Source: Eledone cirrhosa
Lineage: Eukaryota
Assembly: GCA_964016885.1 (NCBI GenBank)
Contig: OZ024744.1
Coordinates: 13,206,001 to 13,270,000, forward strand
Direction of reading: 5' to 3'
DNA: 64,000 nucleotides
The notes beneath the pieces were generated by a model. It was not told where the DNA came from. It did not search any database and saw nothing but the letters and a program-made list of their open reading frames with translations. Below are positions 62,386-64,000 of this stretch, piece after piece. How positions within the stretch are numbered: position 1 is the first letter of the stretch; the number at the start of each line of letters is the position of its first letter. The translations under genes and the position numbers were made by a program.

Positions 62386-64000
62386 GAGAGATCACAACTC
62401 CTATACTATGGACATGTGGTTAGAATGTCTCAGTAGATCAGAAAGTCACTCCAGTTAAAGCTACACTCTAAATTGAGAGATCACAACTCCCATACTATGG
62501 ACATGGGGTTAGAATGTCTCAGTAGATCAGAGTGTCACTCCAGTTAAAGCCACTCTCTAAATTGTGGGATCACAACTCCCATACTATGGACATGTTGTTA
62601 GAATGTCTCAGTAGATCAGAGAGTCACTCCAGTTAAAGACACTCTCTAAATTGAGATATCACAACTCCAATACTATGGACATGGGGTTAGAATGTCTCAG
62701 TAGATCAGAGTGTCACTCCAGTTAAAGCCACTCTCTAAATTGAGGGATCACAAATCCCATACGATGGACATGTTGTTAGAATGTCTCAGTAGATCAGAGA
62801 GTCACTCCAGTTAAAGCCACTCTCTAAATTGAGAGATCACAACTCCAATACTATGGACATGTGTTTAGAATGTCTCAGTAGATCAGAAAGTCACTCCAGT
62901 TAAAGCTACACTCTAAATTGAGAGATCACAACTCCTATACTATGGACATGGGGTTAGAATGTCTCAGTAGATCAGAGAGTCACTCCAGTTAAAGCCACTC
63001 TCTAAATTGAGGGATCACAACTCCCATACTATGGACATGGGTTTGAATGTCTCAGTAGATCAGAGAGTCGCTCAAGTTAAAGCCACTCTCTAAATTGAGA
63101 GATCACAACTCCAATACTATGGACATGTGGTTAGAATGTCTCAGTAGATCGGAGAGTCACTCCAGTTAAAGCTACTCTCTAAATTGAGAGATCACAACTC
63201 CCATACTATGGACATGTGGTTACAATCTCTCAGTAGATCAGAGAGTCACTCCAGTTAAAGCCACTCTCTAAATTGAGAGATGACAACTCCAATACTATGG
63301 ACATGGGGTTTGAATGTCTCACTAGATCAGAGAGTCACTCCAGTTAAAGCTACTCTCTAAATTGAGAGATCACAACTCCAATACTATGGACATGTGGTTA
63401 GAATGTCTCAGTAGATCAGAGAATCACTCCAGTTAAAGCTACTCTCTAAATTGAGAGATCACATCTCCCATACTATGGATATGTGGTTAGAATGTCTCAG
63501 TAGATCAGAGTGTCACTCCAGTAAAAGGCACTCTCTAAATTGAGGGATCACAACTCCCATACTATGGACATGTTGTTAGAATGTCTCAGTAGATCAGAGA
63601 GTCACTCCAGTTAAAGCCAATCTCTAAATTGAGAGATCACAACTCCAATACTATGGACATGTGTTTTGAAAGTCTCAGTAGATTAGAGTGTCACTCCAGT
63701 TAAAGCTACTCTCTAAATTGAGAGATCACAACTCCAATACTATGGACATGTTGTTAGAATGTCTCAGTAGATCAGAGAGTCACTCCAGTTAAAGCCACTC
63801 TCTAAATTGAGAGATCACAACTCCAATACTATGGACATGTGTTTAGAATGTCTCAGTAGATCAGAAAGTCACTCCAGTTAAAGCTACACTCTAAATTGAG
63901 AGATCACAACTCCTATACTATGGACATGGGGTTAGAATGTCTCAGTAGATCAGAGAGTCACTCCAGTTAAAGCCACTCTCTAAATTGAGGGATCACAACT

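Larger units (their letters stand above)
1..64000. repeat. 89-bp monomer tandem satellite DNA array (718 full monomers + partial), probably centromeric/pericentromeric heterochromatin; extends beyond both window ends
   Basis: Monomer starts at 1, 90, 183 (after a 93-bp variant), 272 and so on, with the last at 63989. Copies typically differ from consensus by a few substitutions. All are in the same orientation, with no intervening unique sequence seen. Confidence 0.99.
27700..64000. repeat. Right satellite sub-domain with a distinct variant set, no 93-bp monomers
   Basis: Diagnostic variants seen only here: GTTAACGCT, CACTCTAG, GATCGCATCTCCCATACTCTGG, CAGGGAGTCATTCTTG, CAAATCCCATACG and TATGGGCATG. 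Confidence 0.85.

Noticed and set aside
1-64000. CRISPR array or repeat-spacer system
   Set aside because: There are no unique spacers. The entire 89 bp is repeated with only point variants, and no cas genes or leader are present.
1-64000. Repetitive protein-coding ORF
   Set aside because: 89 is not a multiple of 3. The consensus has stops in all three + frames (TAG 34, TAG 47, TAA 69) and all three - frames (TCA 5, CTA 19, TTA 33 on the + strand).
1-64000. CENP-B box
   Set aside because: The TTCG....A..CGGG core is not seen in the consensus on either strand, since the consensus lacks CpG.
1-64000. Hidden insertion, inversion or transposon within the array
   Set aside because: None was seen on reading. 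The monomer register is fully accounted for by 24x(+4), 2x(-2) and 6x(-1) indels (718x89+86=63988).

Overview
The whole 64-kb window is one uninterrupted, head-to-tail, single-orientation tandem satellite array with an 89-bp monomer. The consensus is GAGATCACAACTCCCATACTATGGACATGTGGTTAGAATGTCTCAGTAGATCAGAGAGTCACTCCAGTTAAAGCTACTCTCTAAATTGA (about 40% GC, no CpG). It holds 718 complete monomers plus 12 bp. The length variants I counted (24 monomers of 93 bp, 2 of 87 bp, 6 of 88 bp) account exactly for the register: 718x89+86=63988. I found no genes, RNA genes, transposons or CRISPR spacers, and the consensus has stop codons in all six frames. The informative structure lies in the variants. There are two sequence domains with a switch at about 27.3 kb. 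There is also a nested series of near-identical multi-monomer duplications with periods of 7, 21/22, 19, 36, 27, 34, 30, 67 and 78 monomers. The monomer is rich in short dyad symmetries. This looks like eukaryotic centromeric or pericentromeric satellite DNA (inference). I cannot assign the family or organism from sequence alone.
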